Shown: piece after piece, positions 48,726 to 57,143 of the stretch
Numbering within the stretch: position 1 is the first letter of the stretch
How the letters are laid out: every line of letters starts with the position of its first letter
DNA from: Methanobacteriota archaeon
Lineage (GTDB): Archaea > Thermoplasmatota > Poseidoniia > Poseidoniales > Thalassarchaeaceae
Direction: 5' to 3'
Length of the DNA: 64,000 nucleotides
NCBI GenBank assembly: GCA_002718995.2
Contig: PBGL02000029.1
Coordinates: 10,210-74,209 of the forward strand
Translations under genes and position numbers: made by a program
Notes under the pieces: generated by a model
Database searches by the model: none
The model's input: the letters and a program-made list of their open reading frames with translations, nothing else
Told to the model about the DNA's origin: nothing

Positions 48726-49172
48726 TCAAATGTATATTCTTCCCCTCTTTCGGAATACGTGCCACACTCCGAGCCCCATCAGAACGGTGAATGCGGTGAG
48801 TGTTGCGAGTGCATTGTAGATTCCACTAAGCTCCACCCCTTCCTGTATTGCGACCACTCCTCCGAATGCAAGGAACATGAATGCGATATCGAACACTAGG
48901 AAAATTATGGCGTACCAGTAGTACTGGAAATGGAAATTGATATGCGCGTCTCCAACTGGGTCCGCTCCACACTCATAGGTGCTTTCTCTGCGTATGTACA
49001 GAGATTGGTCAGTCTCGTAACCAGGTAGTAGCCACGAGCTTAATTTCAGGGGGTCGTTTCCGGTCTTTCTTGGCCTTAGAAACCCAGAAGCGATGAAGCT
49101 CATTACCGGGAACCCTATTCCAACCAGAGCCATTACAGCCACCGCTAGGTAGTCCTCAGGGACAGTCGACAT
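48726..49172 (-). CDS. nuoA: complex I-like subunit A
   Basis: Three TM helices with YECG in the loop. First gene of the string. ATG at 49172 (MSTVPEDY...); the track start at 49181 is GTG. Confidence 0.85.
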   Translation of the reverse strand: MSTVPEDYLAVAVMALVGIGFPVMSFIASGFLRPRKTGNDPLKLSSWLLPGYETDQSLYIRRESTYECGADPVGDAHINFHFQYYWYAIIFLVFDIAFMFLAFGGVVAIQEGVELSGIYNALATLTAFTVLMGLGVWHVFRKRGRIYI

Positions 49173-49186
49173 AGTACACACCCGCC

Positions 49187-49201
49187 GGTCCCGTAGGGAC
49201 C
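49187..49201 (-). other. perfect hairpin ggtccc-gta-gggacc (6-bp stem) in the spacer upstream of nuoA
   Basis: Read directly. 15 nt upstream of the nuoA ATG and 68 nt after the stop of the 899-aa gene. Confidence 0.3.
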
Positions 49202-49268
49202 GACAGCTCTGTCCACCTGAAATTGGGCAATAAGCCTATCCGGTGAGAACTCAGATTGAGGGCTAGGA

Positions 49269-51968
49269 TTAATCCTCTTCCTCTAGGGCCCTTTGTATCA
49301 TTCTATTTTCCGCTCTTGAGCGAAGGAAGAGTACTATCACCAACAGACCGCCAAACCCGGTCAGGCCGTAGACAAGTATCTCCTCTACGTCGTCTGAGAG
49401 GCTGAAGAAAGAGCTCGAGGCTACCGATGTGACCTCCAATTCAATTGGCTGACCTGCGACCGAGATGCCCTTGGGTTGAACTATGATCGTAAATCTATAT
49501 GTGTCATCATCAATCAATTCTGATGGAGGAGTGACTCTGACTTCGAGACCCTTTGTCTCTCCCGGCTGTAGCTCGAACTCGTCTTCAACAACGTCGACGG
49601 TCCACCCCCTGAGGGAGTCGCTTGAGAGTATCTCTACCTCCTCGACGATGTTTCCATGGTTCGTCACGAAAAGATAGAAGTAGAGTTTCTCGGGGTAGTC
49701 TGCGGTCTGTTCCGACGGACTCTCCAGTGTGAATCTCAGATCATGAATCGTCATTACCTGCACGATTACGTCCACAGTGGTAGTCTGAGCAGCGTTTCTC
49801 TCAGAGGCGGCATTGACCTTGATTATCCCCGACACGCCATTTGCGACGCCTTCGAGGACTTCCATTCTGACTTCAACAAGTACTCTCTCCGCCTTGGCGA
49901 TCTGGATAGTTCCGTCTATCTGGACCCCCTCTACGAACATCTGTCTAATTACCGAGGAGTCCATGCCCGTGATTGTAATTACAGCAGTATCGCCTGCTGG
50001 ATAGTCTCCTGTATTCTCCACCCAGAAGAAGGTGGAAAGTTCACCGCCCGGGGGGAGTACCAAGTCTATCTGACTTGGTACTTCTCCGGGATTCTGGGGA
50101 GATACGGCCATCCCGTAGTTGTAGTTTGATACGACTACGGTAACGGTGTGTTCATCGGCCTCTGAGGTGCCATAGATTGCTATTCTAGCTAGTACCTTGG
50201 CAGAGTCCGCATCCTCTTCGCCCTCGACCAATACGTCTAGGTATACTGTCCGCTTCTCACTGGGATCTAGAACCACCTGCTGAATTTTGTTTCCATTGGT
50301 ATCTGAAAATGACGCATCCCACATCGGATTGCTGCATCCTGTCTGATCGCCGGGATCACAGGCCTGCAATCTGAAGGTATCCTCTATGTTGCCAGAATTT
50401 GTTATCTCGATTGGGAATTGTACAATCTGACCTGAGCGCCCTGTTTGTTGATCCGATACTATTGAGGTGGTCACAGAATGACGAGCCGCAACTGAAACTG
50501 TAAGGTCCCTGGTGGCATATGGTTCTGACCCCCCGCCCCTTCCAACTGTGAAGGTAATCACCACGTCACTCTCTGCACTGGCATCGTTAGGTACCAAAAC
50601 CTCTGCAGAAATCGTTTGCTTGTTGTTTGATGACTGGGAGCTGCCAAGCGTGACTGAGGACTGGGAAAGCGAGACCTGCCACCCAGGAGGTAGCCCATTA
50701 GCGCCTATGGCCATAGTATCCTGGCCATTGCCTTGGTTGGTAATTTGTATTGAGAGGGTCCCGGAGGTTCCCGGTTCGACGTTTGAAAGAGTTGATTTGC
50801 TCAGGGTCATCGCTGCCCCAAACTCCTGTCCCACGGTAACTGTGAGAACCTTCTCACAGCCGATATTTGTCCCAGCCCTTCCTTGAATGTTGATGGCAAT
50901 CTGGGTTCCTGCTTCCAGGGAGTCGTCAGGAGTTACGTCGAAGGTGAATGTGTGGGAGTCATCTGAGCTTCCAGGCTCACCGAGCATCTTGCTCTTTGGA
51001 CTGTCGAAGCTGACCCATCCGGAGATATCATGACCGTCTTGGGCCTGTGCGTTGGCCGTAACGGTCCATTCAGTATTTCCGATGTTCTCAACCTCGAATG
51101 AGTTTGATGCTGACTCACCGGGGTCTAGACTGTGAGAGCCGAATTGAAGTGAACCCTCGCATTCCTTGATCTCTGGAACGTTGAGGCTCATGGTTAGGTT
51201 GTCCTCTGCTTGGTCGGCTGCATTGGGATCGTTGGTTACTGTGGCCTTGAGGATGAAGCAATGAGAGCCAGCTTCGGTCTCAGCACCGTTCGGCATGTCG
51301 ACAGTTACAGTTACGGATTCCTGGTCCTCGGGCTCTAGCTGTAGGATTGCGGGGTCAACAGTGGCTGTCAGATCGTCGGATTCGCAGTCACTGTCTGAAG
51401 TCATCTCCAACTGTACATTGGCTTGTTGCTCTCCATTATTCTCAACGTCGACATCCCAAGTAACCTCATTATCCTCCCCGTCATAGTTCTTGGTTGTCGG
51501 TTCGTCGGTTGAGAGTTTCACGGAGTACAACCCCCCTCCGTCCCCCGCGGTCGTGGTTACGGTGACATCGTCGCTTGAGGGGGAGCCTGGGACGCCTCCA
51601 GAGACTTGGCCCTGGGCATTAACGGTGGTTTCGCATTCGCCATTAGCCTGATCGGAAACGGTAACTGTCAGCTTCACTGTCTCTGACGATCCGGAGTCTA
51701 CCGTAATTGTCGTGGTCTCCAATGTTGATGTGAAGCCGCTGCAGTCATTTCCCTGCTGGGTGCTTAGAGAAACCAGGGCATCATCGTCACCTGAATTCTG
51801 CACTATTATGTCATATTCAGCTGCATCATCAGTTGTCGCCTCCGCAGCCATGGGATTGGCGGAAACCGAGATGTCGACATCCGCAGAAACTAGTGGCGAA
51901 GCGACACTAAGAACGAGCAGGGCGACTATCAGACTGGCTGAATTGCTCGGCTTCATCGCATTTCGCAC
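49269..51968 (-). CDS. secreted, C-terminally anchored surface protein made of repeated beta-sandwich (CARDB/NEW3-like) modules
   Basis: Signal peptide (MKPSNSASLIVALLVLSVASPLVSA). About 800 aa of Thr/Val/Asp-rich repeats with recurring '...V.N.GN...' strands. C-terminal TM GLTGFGGLLVIVLFL plus a short charged tail. Start is GTG at 51968 or ATG at 51956. Confidence 0.7.
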   Translation of the reverse strand: MRNAMKPSNSASLIVALLVLSVASPLVSADVDISVSANPMAAEATTDDAAEYDIIVQNSGDDDALVSLSTQQGNDCSGFTSTLETTTITVDSGSSETVKLTVTVSDQANGECETTVNAQGQVSGGVPGSPSSDDVTVTTTAGDGGGLYSVKLSTDEPTTKNYDGEDNEVTWDVDVENNGEQQANVQLEMTSDSDCESDDLTATVDPAILQLEPEDQESVTVTVDMPNGAETEAGSHCFILKATVTNDPNAADQAEDNLTMSLNVPEIKECEGSLQFGSHSLDPGESASNSFEVENIGNTEWTVTANAQAQDGHDISGWVSFDSPKSKMLGEPGSSDDSHTFTFDVTPDDSLEAGTQIAINIQGRAGTNIGCEKVLTVTVGQEFGAAMTLSKSTLSNVEPGTSGTLSIQITNQGNGQDTMAIGANGLPPGWQVSLSQSSVTLGSSQSSNNKQTISAEVLVPNDASAESDVVITFTVGRGGGSEPYATRDLTVSVAARHSVTTSIVSDQQTGRSGQIVQFPIEITNSGNIEDTFRLQACDPGDQTGCSNPMWDASFSDTNGNKIQQVVLDPSEKRTVYLDVLVEGEEDADSAKVLARIAIYGTSEADEHTVTVVVSNYNYGMAVSPQNPGEVPSQIDLVLPPGGELSTFFWVENTGDYPAGDTAVITITGMDSSVIRQMFVEGVQIDGTIQIAKAERVLVEVRMEVLEGVANGVSGIIKVNAASERNAAQTTTVDVIVQVMTIHDLRFTLESPSEQTADYPEKLYFYLFVTNHGNIVEEVEILSSDSLRGWTVDVVEDEFELQPGETKGLEVRVTPPSELIDDDTYRFTIIVQPKGISVAGQPIELEVTSVASSSFFSLSDDVEEILVYGLTGFGGLLVIVLFLRSRAENRMIQRALEEED

Positions 51969-51998
51969 TAGACCGTCCCTCTAAGGGCTTCGCACCAC

Positions 51999-52015
51999 GC
52001 GACCCTTAGGGTCGC
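51999..52015 (-). terminator. perfect hairpin gcgaccc-tta-gggtcgc (7-bp stem), 6 nt after the protease stop codon
   Basis: Read directly. No T-run follows on the transcribed strand. Role as a terminator or stabiliser is a guess. Confidence 0.3.
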
Positions 52016-52020
52016 GCTTA

Positions 52021-55000
52021 TCAAGCCTCGACTAAGTCATCGGATTCGGCATCGCAATGCATGCATCTGCCCGTTTTCATGATGTCACAACCAGAAATCT
52101 GGCCTGCCTTATGATACCTAGCCCCACAGGACGAACAGGCCAACGCTTCGCCCACTGTGACGTCAATACTACATAGCCAACACGGAATACCGCTGGTTTC
52201 CTTTTCCTCAACCTTTGGAACTATCTTCTGGACTGCTCTGTTCACTTTGTCGTTGTTGAAGAGGGAGGTCGGGTTTCCATCTGTCCTGACATATGCGAAT
52301 GTACCTATTCCAACCACCAATGCCACGATCAGTGAAAGTACTAGAATTGGCATTAGGCTATCCAAACCACCCTCCCCATCAACTGAGGGCTTGACATCTA
52401 CATCGATCTCGAAGACGCCCCCCTCGATATCCTCGGCGCCAACTAAGGTCAGAGTTATGGTCCCATCAGCGCCGCTGTTTGGGAGGAAGTCAACAATTAC
52501 ACTCCTCGATTCGCCGGGAGACAGGATTAGCCTCACGCCATCGGCCACGCCTGCGTTCCACTGCGATGGAGCCTCGACCTGTAACGTGTGAGAAATGTCC
52601 GTGTTGCCCGTGTTAGTTGCGTCTAGCCTGAAAGATGCAGTGTAGCCCTGATAGGCCAGCGGATCGGAATTTAACGCCCAAACGATCCTAGGTGCTGACT
52701 CGACGAGTAATGACTGGGTATCCCTAATCTCGATACCTTCTCCCTGCATAACAAGTGTGATTTCTGGCTCTGATCCAGCCGGCTCCGAGACTGGTATTGT
52801 AACTAGGCAGGAGACCATGGATGTCGCGCCAGGTGAGAGCGATGTAGGGCCAGTGCAAGTGGATGACCACTCATCGTTCGGGAGCTCAAGATTGGTGCTT
52901 GGCCTCCATGTCCCTGAGCCCTCATTCCAAACCATCCAAGTCAAATCAAATCCTGGAGCGCCAACAGGGTGGTCAGGAACGCCTAGAATTGTGTCAGCCG
53001 AGGTTCCATCTGGAAGGTCTATCTGGTGGAATGAAATTCTAGGGGATGCCGCTGAGAGGACGTCGAGAGTGCGGTTCCAGTCAATTCTAAATCCGTCTTC
53101 AGTTGCAAATCTCATTTCTAAGAGGCCGCTAACAGCAATTCCGTTTCCTTGCAATGACATAGTCCAATCTGCTGTTTGCCCTGCAGGGATGGTGACGGTC
53201 GAGAGAGTTCCTGAGACTGACCAACCGCCCGGAATTGCCATTAGGTAGGGTTGTAGAACCAATTCCCTGTTGCCCATGTTATTGAATGAAATCGGAATCT
53301 CCAGAAGAGAGTCTGGGGATACTTGATTCTCGATGCCTCCCGAGATTGGAGTCGTAGATACTTCGTCTACCGCATCTACGACAAGAACAATGTCTTGAGT
53401 CCACGAATCGGAGCCAACACGCGAGTGGATAATTATCGCGGCCTCGTACGTAGATCCGGCTGGAATCATTGCTCCTGGTGGATTGATCGTGATGTCCACG
53501 ATTTTATTGCTGTCTTTCTGGAGTGTGCCTGTTGAACCATGGGATGAGCCCTCGAATGCCCCGATATCATCCAGACCCAAGTGCCATCCTGCGGGAGAGA
53601 CCAGTTCGACATCATATGACTGGGCACCGTTTCCTCCGTTAACTACTGAAATCTGGGTGTGGGTTTGAACCAACGGGCTGACTAAAATCTGTTCATTGAG
53701 TATCTGAATGTCAGCGTCTCCAAGAACTGGAACATCGAAAATTAGGGATAGTTCCGATTCTATGTCATTTTCGATATCATAACCGGTTACGGTCATGGAA
53801 TAGGTCCCAGGAGGGGGCGGGGAAGGGTGCACCATGGTCATTCCAACCGAAATTGACTCTGTTGGCATCAGGTTGAATGTGTTTGAAGTGAATGACTGGA
53901 ACCATCCGAATTCTGTGCCATCCTGAATCCTTACGGGGGGCGATGCGGTGATCGAGGCATTCGTTTCGAATAGAGCGGTGTTTGTTAGTGTGAGGTCCCA
54001 TGTGGTGGTTGTTGAAGTGGGGTCTGAAAGAGAAATCAACTCAGAATCTGCGGTCACCCTGACTCCCGGAGCACTTACTATTATGACATCTCCAAAGTAG
54101 TTGTTTGACTCAGAAAGTTCCTCTATCAGGTTATTTGGATCAATAAAGAACTCAAAGGCTGCGTCGCCCTCATCGCCAGGAGTCCATTCCCATGAAATTT
54201 CTTCGGTCTCGCCTGGTGATAGGGAGACTAATTGCTCTCCAAGAAGAGCGCTATTGACCCTAGCGAGGACCGGTAAATCAGATACCGTTCCAGCACCCAG
54301 GTTCTTCACTGAGATGCTTACTTCAACTTGCTCTCCTACCTGTGGGATTGGTGTTGAGACCTCGAAAGAGTCGGTAACGAATGTTGGATCAGGGTTCAGG
54401 TCGTTGACATTGAATCCTCTCACGGCCAAGGAGAATGGCTGCCACGTCCTAGAGCCGCCGTGTTGTGCGTCTCTGACCCTCAAAGTCCATGTCCCCTGGG
54501 CCGCACTATCAAGGGCTACGACTTCCACATTGTTTACCGAGTCCTTAGTTCCGCCAGTGACCGATCTTCCATTTGTGAATACATTGCCCTTGTATGACTG
54601 GCCACTCGGGGAAACAAGTTCGAGATCGAGATCGTTCCTCAACTGGGTCGATGAGCTAGTTGACCCGGGGTAGTCAGACCATGTCAGTACTGCCTTAAAC
54701 TCGTGGCCTGAAGATGTAACGTCGAAGTTGTATTCTACTGTTTGGCCACTCCTGATCCTTGATCTATCATCCACGAAAATAGCAACTTCGCCATCTGCTA
54801 TCAGGGAGTTGACGAGGTTTAGTCGGCCCCACCCCTCGTCCTCGTTTGGGATGTCACGGGTGCCCATGTCTTTGGCACCGAGTATGAGCAACCCCTTCAC
54901 CAGGGCTCCTTGGGGGGCCTGTCTACCAATTACCTCTGTCAGGTATTCCCTAACCAAGGCGGAAGCTCCCGCTGCAGCTGGCGTAGCCATGGAAGTCCCG

Positions 55001-56514
55001 CTGTATTCGAGATACCACGTGTTGTCCCATGATCCCTGTGCATCTGATGCCTCCTGGGCTTTACAAGAACGTACATAGTCTCCGGGGGCAACTAAGTCAG
55101 GCTTTATCCTGCCATCGTCAGTTGGGCCCCTGCTGCTCCAGTAGTACATTTCATCCGGAGCGCCGCTGTACCTATTCTTATGCCCGCCAATCGTAATTAC
55201 GTTCTTCGCGGTTCCTGGGGGCGATACCCCGTCATTTCTCTCATTGCCAGCCGCGAAGAGGACTGTCATTCCATCGTATGACCAATACTGATCCCACGTA
55301 GAAGTCCTATCATCGGCATCCTCAGATTGTGTCGAGTAACTGCCAAAGCCGCTTCCGGCGCCCCAGCTGTTGGTATGTATTCTAGCTCCAGCGTTGTATG
55401 CCGAGTTTAGCATTGAGTTGATGCCATAGCTGTAGAGGGCCCCTGAATCATCGTCCTCCATGGCTTGGAAGTAGAGATTTGCTTCTGGTGCTATCCCCTT
55501 GTAACCGCCACTACTCCTGAAACCAGAGCCAAGAACGGTGCAGGCAACATGGGTCCCATGTCCGGAACTAGGGTCTGCAGTGGACGAATCACCGGGAGTC
55601 ACGGAGGTAACTCCGGAAAGCCTCCCGGTGAAGTCACCATGGTCGCCGTCTAGTCCTGAGTCTCCTACAGCTACGGTCTGACCGCTTCCATTTAGTTCGG
55701 TGATGAATGCGTTGTCTACAGTGTTAATCCCCATGTTTGATCTTGCTTGATCGTTGTGAATCACCAAAACTGGTTGGGGTGCAACATACGCCACAGAGGG
55801 GTGGGAAAGGAGAGATGGGAGATTCTGCGAGGATAGTGTACCCCAGTACCTTCCTTCCTCAGGTGACCACGCATCTTCCAGCCACTTTGAAGCTGCGGCG
55901 AAGAGCGAGTCATGTAGTCCGAGTCCAGGGTCCTCTTGCCTTACCAACTGCTCATTCTTCCACCCTATAACCTCGACTTGTATCTCATCTCCAGCGAGAA
56001 GATGCATCAGAGAGTCGTGGGCAAGGAGGCCGGAAGGGACCTCGTGAATGGCTACAACTGAGTTTACTGCAATCAACGAGCTCAGTGACTCCTCTGTTCC
56101 TTGAATCAGGAAACCCGAGGGGGGTATCATGGAGCGAATCTCGATTCCTTCTATTTCTGAGATTTCAGTCCTAGCATCCCAAAGCCCGACTTCTCCGTCA
56201 ACAAGGACTATGGCCAAATCTGAACGGGGTTCTGAGATTTGCGAGTCCATTGATACCCTTGGTATGAGTCCTAACTTGGTGTAGATTCCGATTACGGTAT
56301 CGGCAGTAACCTCCCTAACATCCTCCAATCCATCGTAAATCGTGGGCAGCCCCAAATCCCTGATACTATTTGGATCGGGGGAAATCTCCACTCTGTCTAA
56401 GCCCGTGTTCAGTCCTTCGGAATTATTCGTGGTGCTGTCCGAACCGAAACCCATAGATGGGGCGTAGGAAAGCATGAGGATTCCGAGAACGAGGAGGGTC
56501 ACGCGCTGGTTCAT
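52021..56514 (-). CDS. giant membrane-anchored subtilisin-like (S8) serine protease with CARDB-type repeats and a Cys-rich cytoplasmic tail
   Basis: Signal peptide. Catalytic triad blocks VAVGDSGLDGDHGDF (Asp), GHGTHVACT (His), SGTSMATPAAAG (Ser), and HTNSWG. Then a P-domain-like beta-sandwich, a clear CARDB module (...KNLGAGTV...ELSESNNY), many further repeats, a TM (LMPILVLSLIVALVVGIGTFAYV) and an 88-aa tail with CWLC, CSSC and CMHC. Confidence 0.9.
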   Translation of the reverse strand: MNQRVTLLVLGILMLSYAPSMGFGSDSTTNNSEGLNTGLDRVEISPDPNSIRDLGLPTIYDGLEDVREVTADTVIGIYTKLGLIPRVSMDSQISEPRSDLAIVLVDGEVGLWDARTEISEIEGIEIRSMIPPSGFLIQGTEESLSSLIAVNSVVAIHEVPSGLLAHDSLMHLLAGDEIQVEVIGWKNEQLVRQEDPGLGLHDSLFAAASKWLEDAWSPEEGRYWGTLSSQNLPSLLSHPSVAYVAPQPVLVIHNDQARSNMGINTVDNAFITELNGSGQTVAVGDSGLDGDHGDFTGRLSGVTSVTPGDSSTADPSSGHGTHVACTVLGSGFRSSGGYKGIAPEANLYFQAMEDDDSGALYSYGINSMLNSAYNAGARIHTNSWGAGSGFGSYSTQSEDADDRTSTWDQYWSYDGMTVLFAAGNERNDGVSPPGTAKNVITIGGHKNRYSGAPDEMYYWSSRGPTDDGRIKPDLVAPGDYVRSCKAQEASDAQGSWDNTWYLEYSGTSMATPAAAGASALVREYLTEVIGRQAPQGALVKGLLILGAKDMGTRDIPNEDEGWGRLNLVNSLIADGEVAIFVDDRSRIRSGQTVEYNFDVTSSGHEFKAVLTWSDYPGSTSSSTQLRNDLDLELVSPSGQSYKGNVFTNGRSVTGGTKDSVNNVEVVALDSAAQGTWTLRVRDAQHGGSRTWQPFSLAVRGFNVNDLNPDPTFVTDSFEVSTPIPQVGEQVEVSISVKNLGAGTVSDLPVLARVNSALLGEQLVSLSPGETEEISWEWTPGDEGDAAFEFFIDPNNLIEELSESNNYFGDVIIVSAPGVRVTADSELISLSDPTSTTTTWDLTLTNTALFETNASITASPPVRIQDGTEFGWFQSFTSNTFNLMPTESISVGMTMVHPSPPPPGTYSMTVTGYDIENDIESELSLIFDVPVLGDADIQILNEQILVSPLVQTHTQISVVNGGNGAQSYDVELVSPAGWHLGLDDIGAFEGSSHGSTGTLQKDSNKIVDITINPPGAMIPAGSTYEAAIIIHSRVGSDSWTQDIVLVVDAVDEVSTTPISGGIENQVSPDSLLEIPISFNNMGNRELVLQPYLMAIPGGWSVSGTLSTVTIPAGQTADWTMSLQGNGIAVSGLLEMRFATEDGFRIDWNRTLDVLSAASPRISFHQIDLPDGTSADTILGVPDHPVGAPGFDLTWMVWNEGSGTWRPSTNLELPNDEWSSTCTGPTSLSPGATSMVSCLVTIPVSEPAGSEPEITLVMQGEGIEIRDTQSLLVESAPRIVWALNSDPLAYQGYTASFRLDATNTGNTDISHTLQVEAPSQWNAGVADGVRLILSPGESRSVIVDFLPNSGADGTITLTLVGAEDIEGGVFEIDVDVKPSVDGEGGLDSLMPILVLSLIVALVVGIGTFAYVRTDGNPTSLFNNDKVNRAVQKIVPKVEEKETSGIPCWLCSIDVTVGEALACSSCGARYHKAGQISGCDIMKTGRCMHCDAESDDLVEA

Positions 56515-56556
56515 TGTAACTATCCCCTGTCGGGACCATTTTGAGCATATGGGTTA

Positions 56557-56574
56557 ACTGAACTATAGTTCAGT
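56557..56574 (-). terminator. 18-nt perfect palindrome actgaactatagttcagt, 6 nt after the stop of the 187-aa gene
   Basis: Read directly. It can fold as a 7-bp stem with a 4-nt loop, or act as a dyad protein-binding site in the spacer upstream of the protease gene. Confidence 0.3.
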
Positions 56575-56579
56575 CATCT

Positions 56580-57143
56580 TCAGAGTATTTTGAGAGGGGA
56601 TTTGACCTTGAAAAGTTCCATTGTCCACTCGCCAACAGAATAAGGCTCCTTCACATATACTCCATTTTGGTAGTTATCATAGCTAAGGATGATCTCGATT
56701 GTATAGTTCTGCCACACGGAAACCCCTGGCACAATAAGCTCTAGTTCGTCACCTGCAATTGATGTGTGTGCGGCAATCACCTCAGTGTCATAGTGAGCAC
56801 GATCTATCTCGACAATGCCATCTGAGTCTAGGAATCTGATATCTAGGGAAACCTGCTCTATTGACCTGCTTCCTTCATTGTTAATCTGCGCCAACACGAC
56901 GTGCCCAGCAGCTCCCTGCCTATACACCACATCGACTGAAACTCTGTCATAAGGAACAACCCAGGCGACGACCACAAGGGTAGCTGAGATCATCAGCAGG
57001 GCCGCGACAGATGCGAACAGGACCCTGGTTGGGGAGACCTTTCTCAGTTTGTCCTCGATGTACTCAAGGGCCTCATGAGCAATTTCTTCCTCAGGGGTCT
57101 CTTCAGGCTCTTCCATTGACCTAAATCTCTCCAGTAGTCCCAT
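56580..57143 (-). CDS. hypothetical type-II anchored protein (acidic cytoplasmic N-terminus, one TM, ~120-aa beta-rich ectodomain)
   Basis: 187 aa. TM VLFASVAALLMISATLVVVAWVV. Its ATG directly abuts the TGA of the 1460-aa gene, with GGAGGTGA 4 nt upstream. Confidence 0.7.
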   Translation of the reverse strand: MGLLERFRSMEEPEETPEEEIAHEALEYIEDKLRKVSPTRVLFASVAALLMISATLVVVAWVVPYDRVSVDVVYRQGAAGHVVLAQINNEGSRSIEQVSLDIRFLDSDGIVEIDRAHYDTEVIAAHTSIAGDELELIVPGVSVWQNYTIEIILSYDNYQNGVYVKEPYSVGEWTMELFKVKSPLKIL

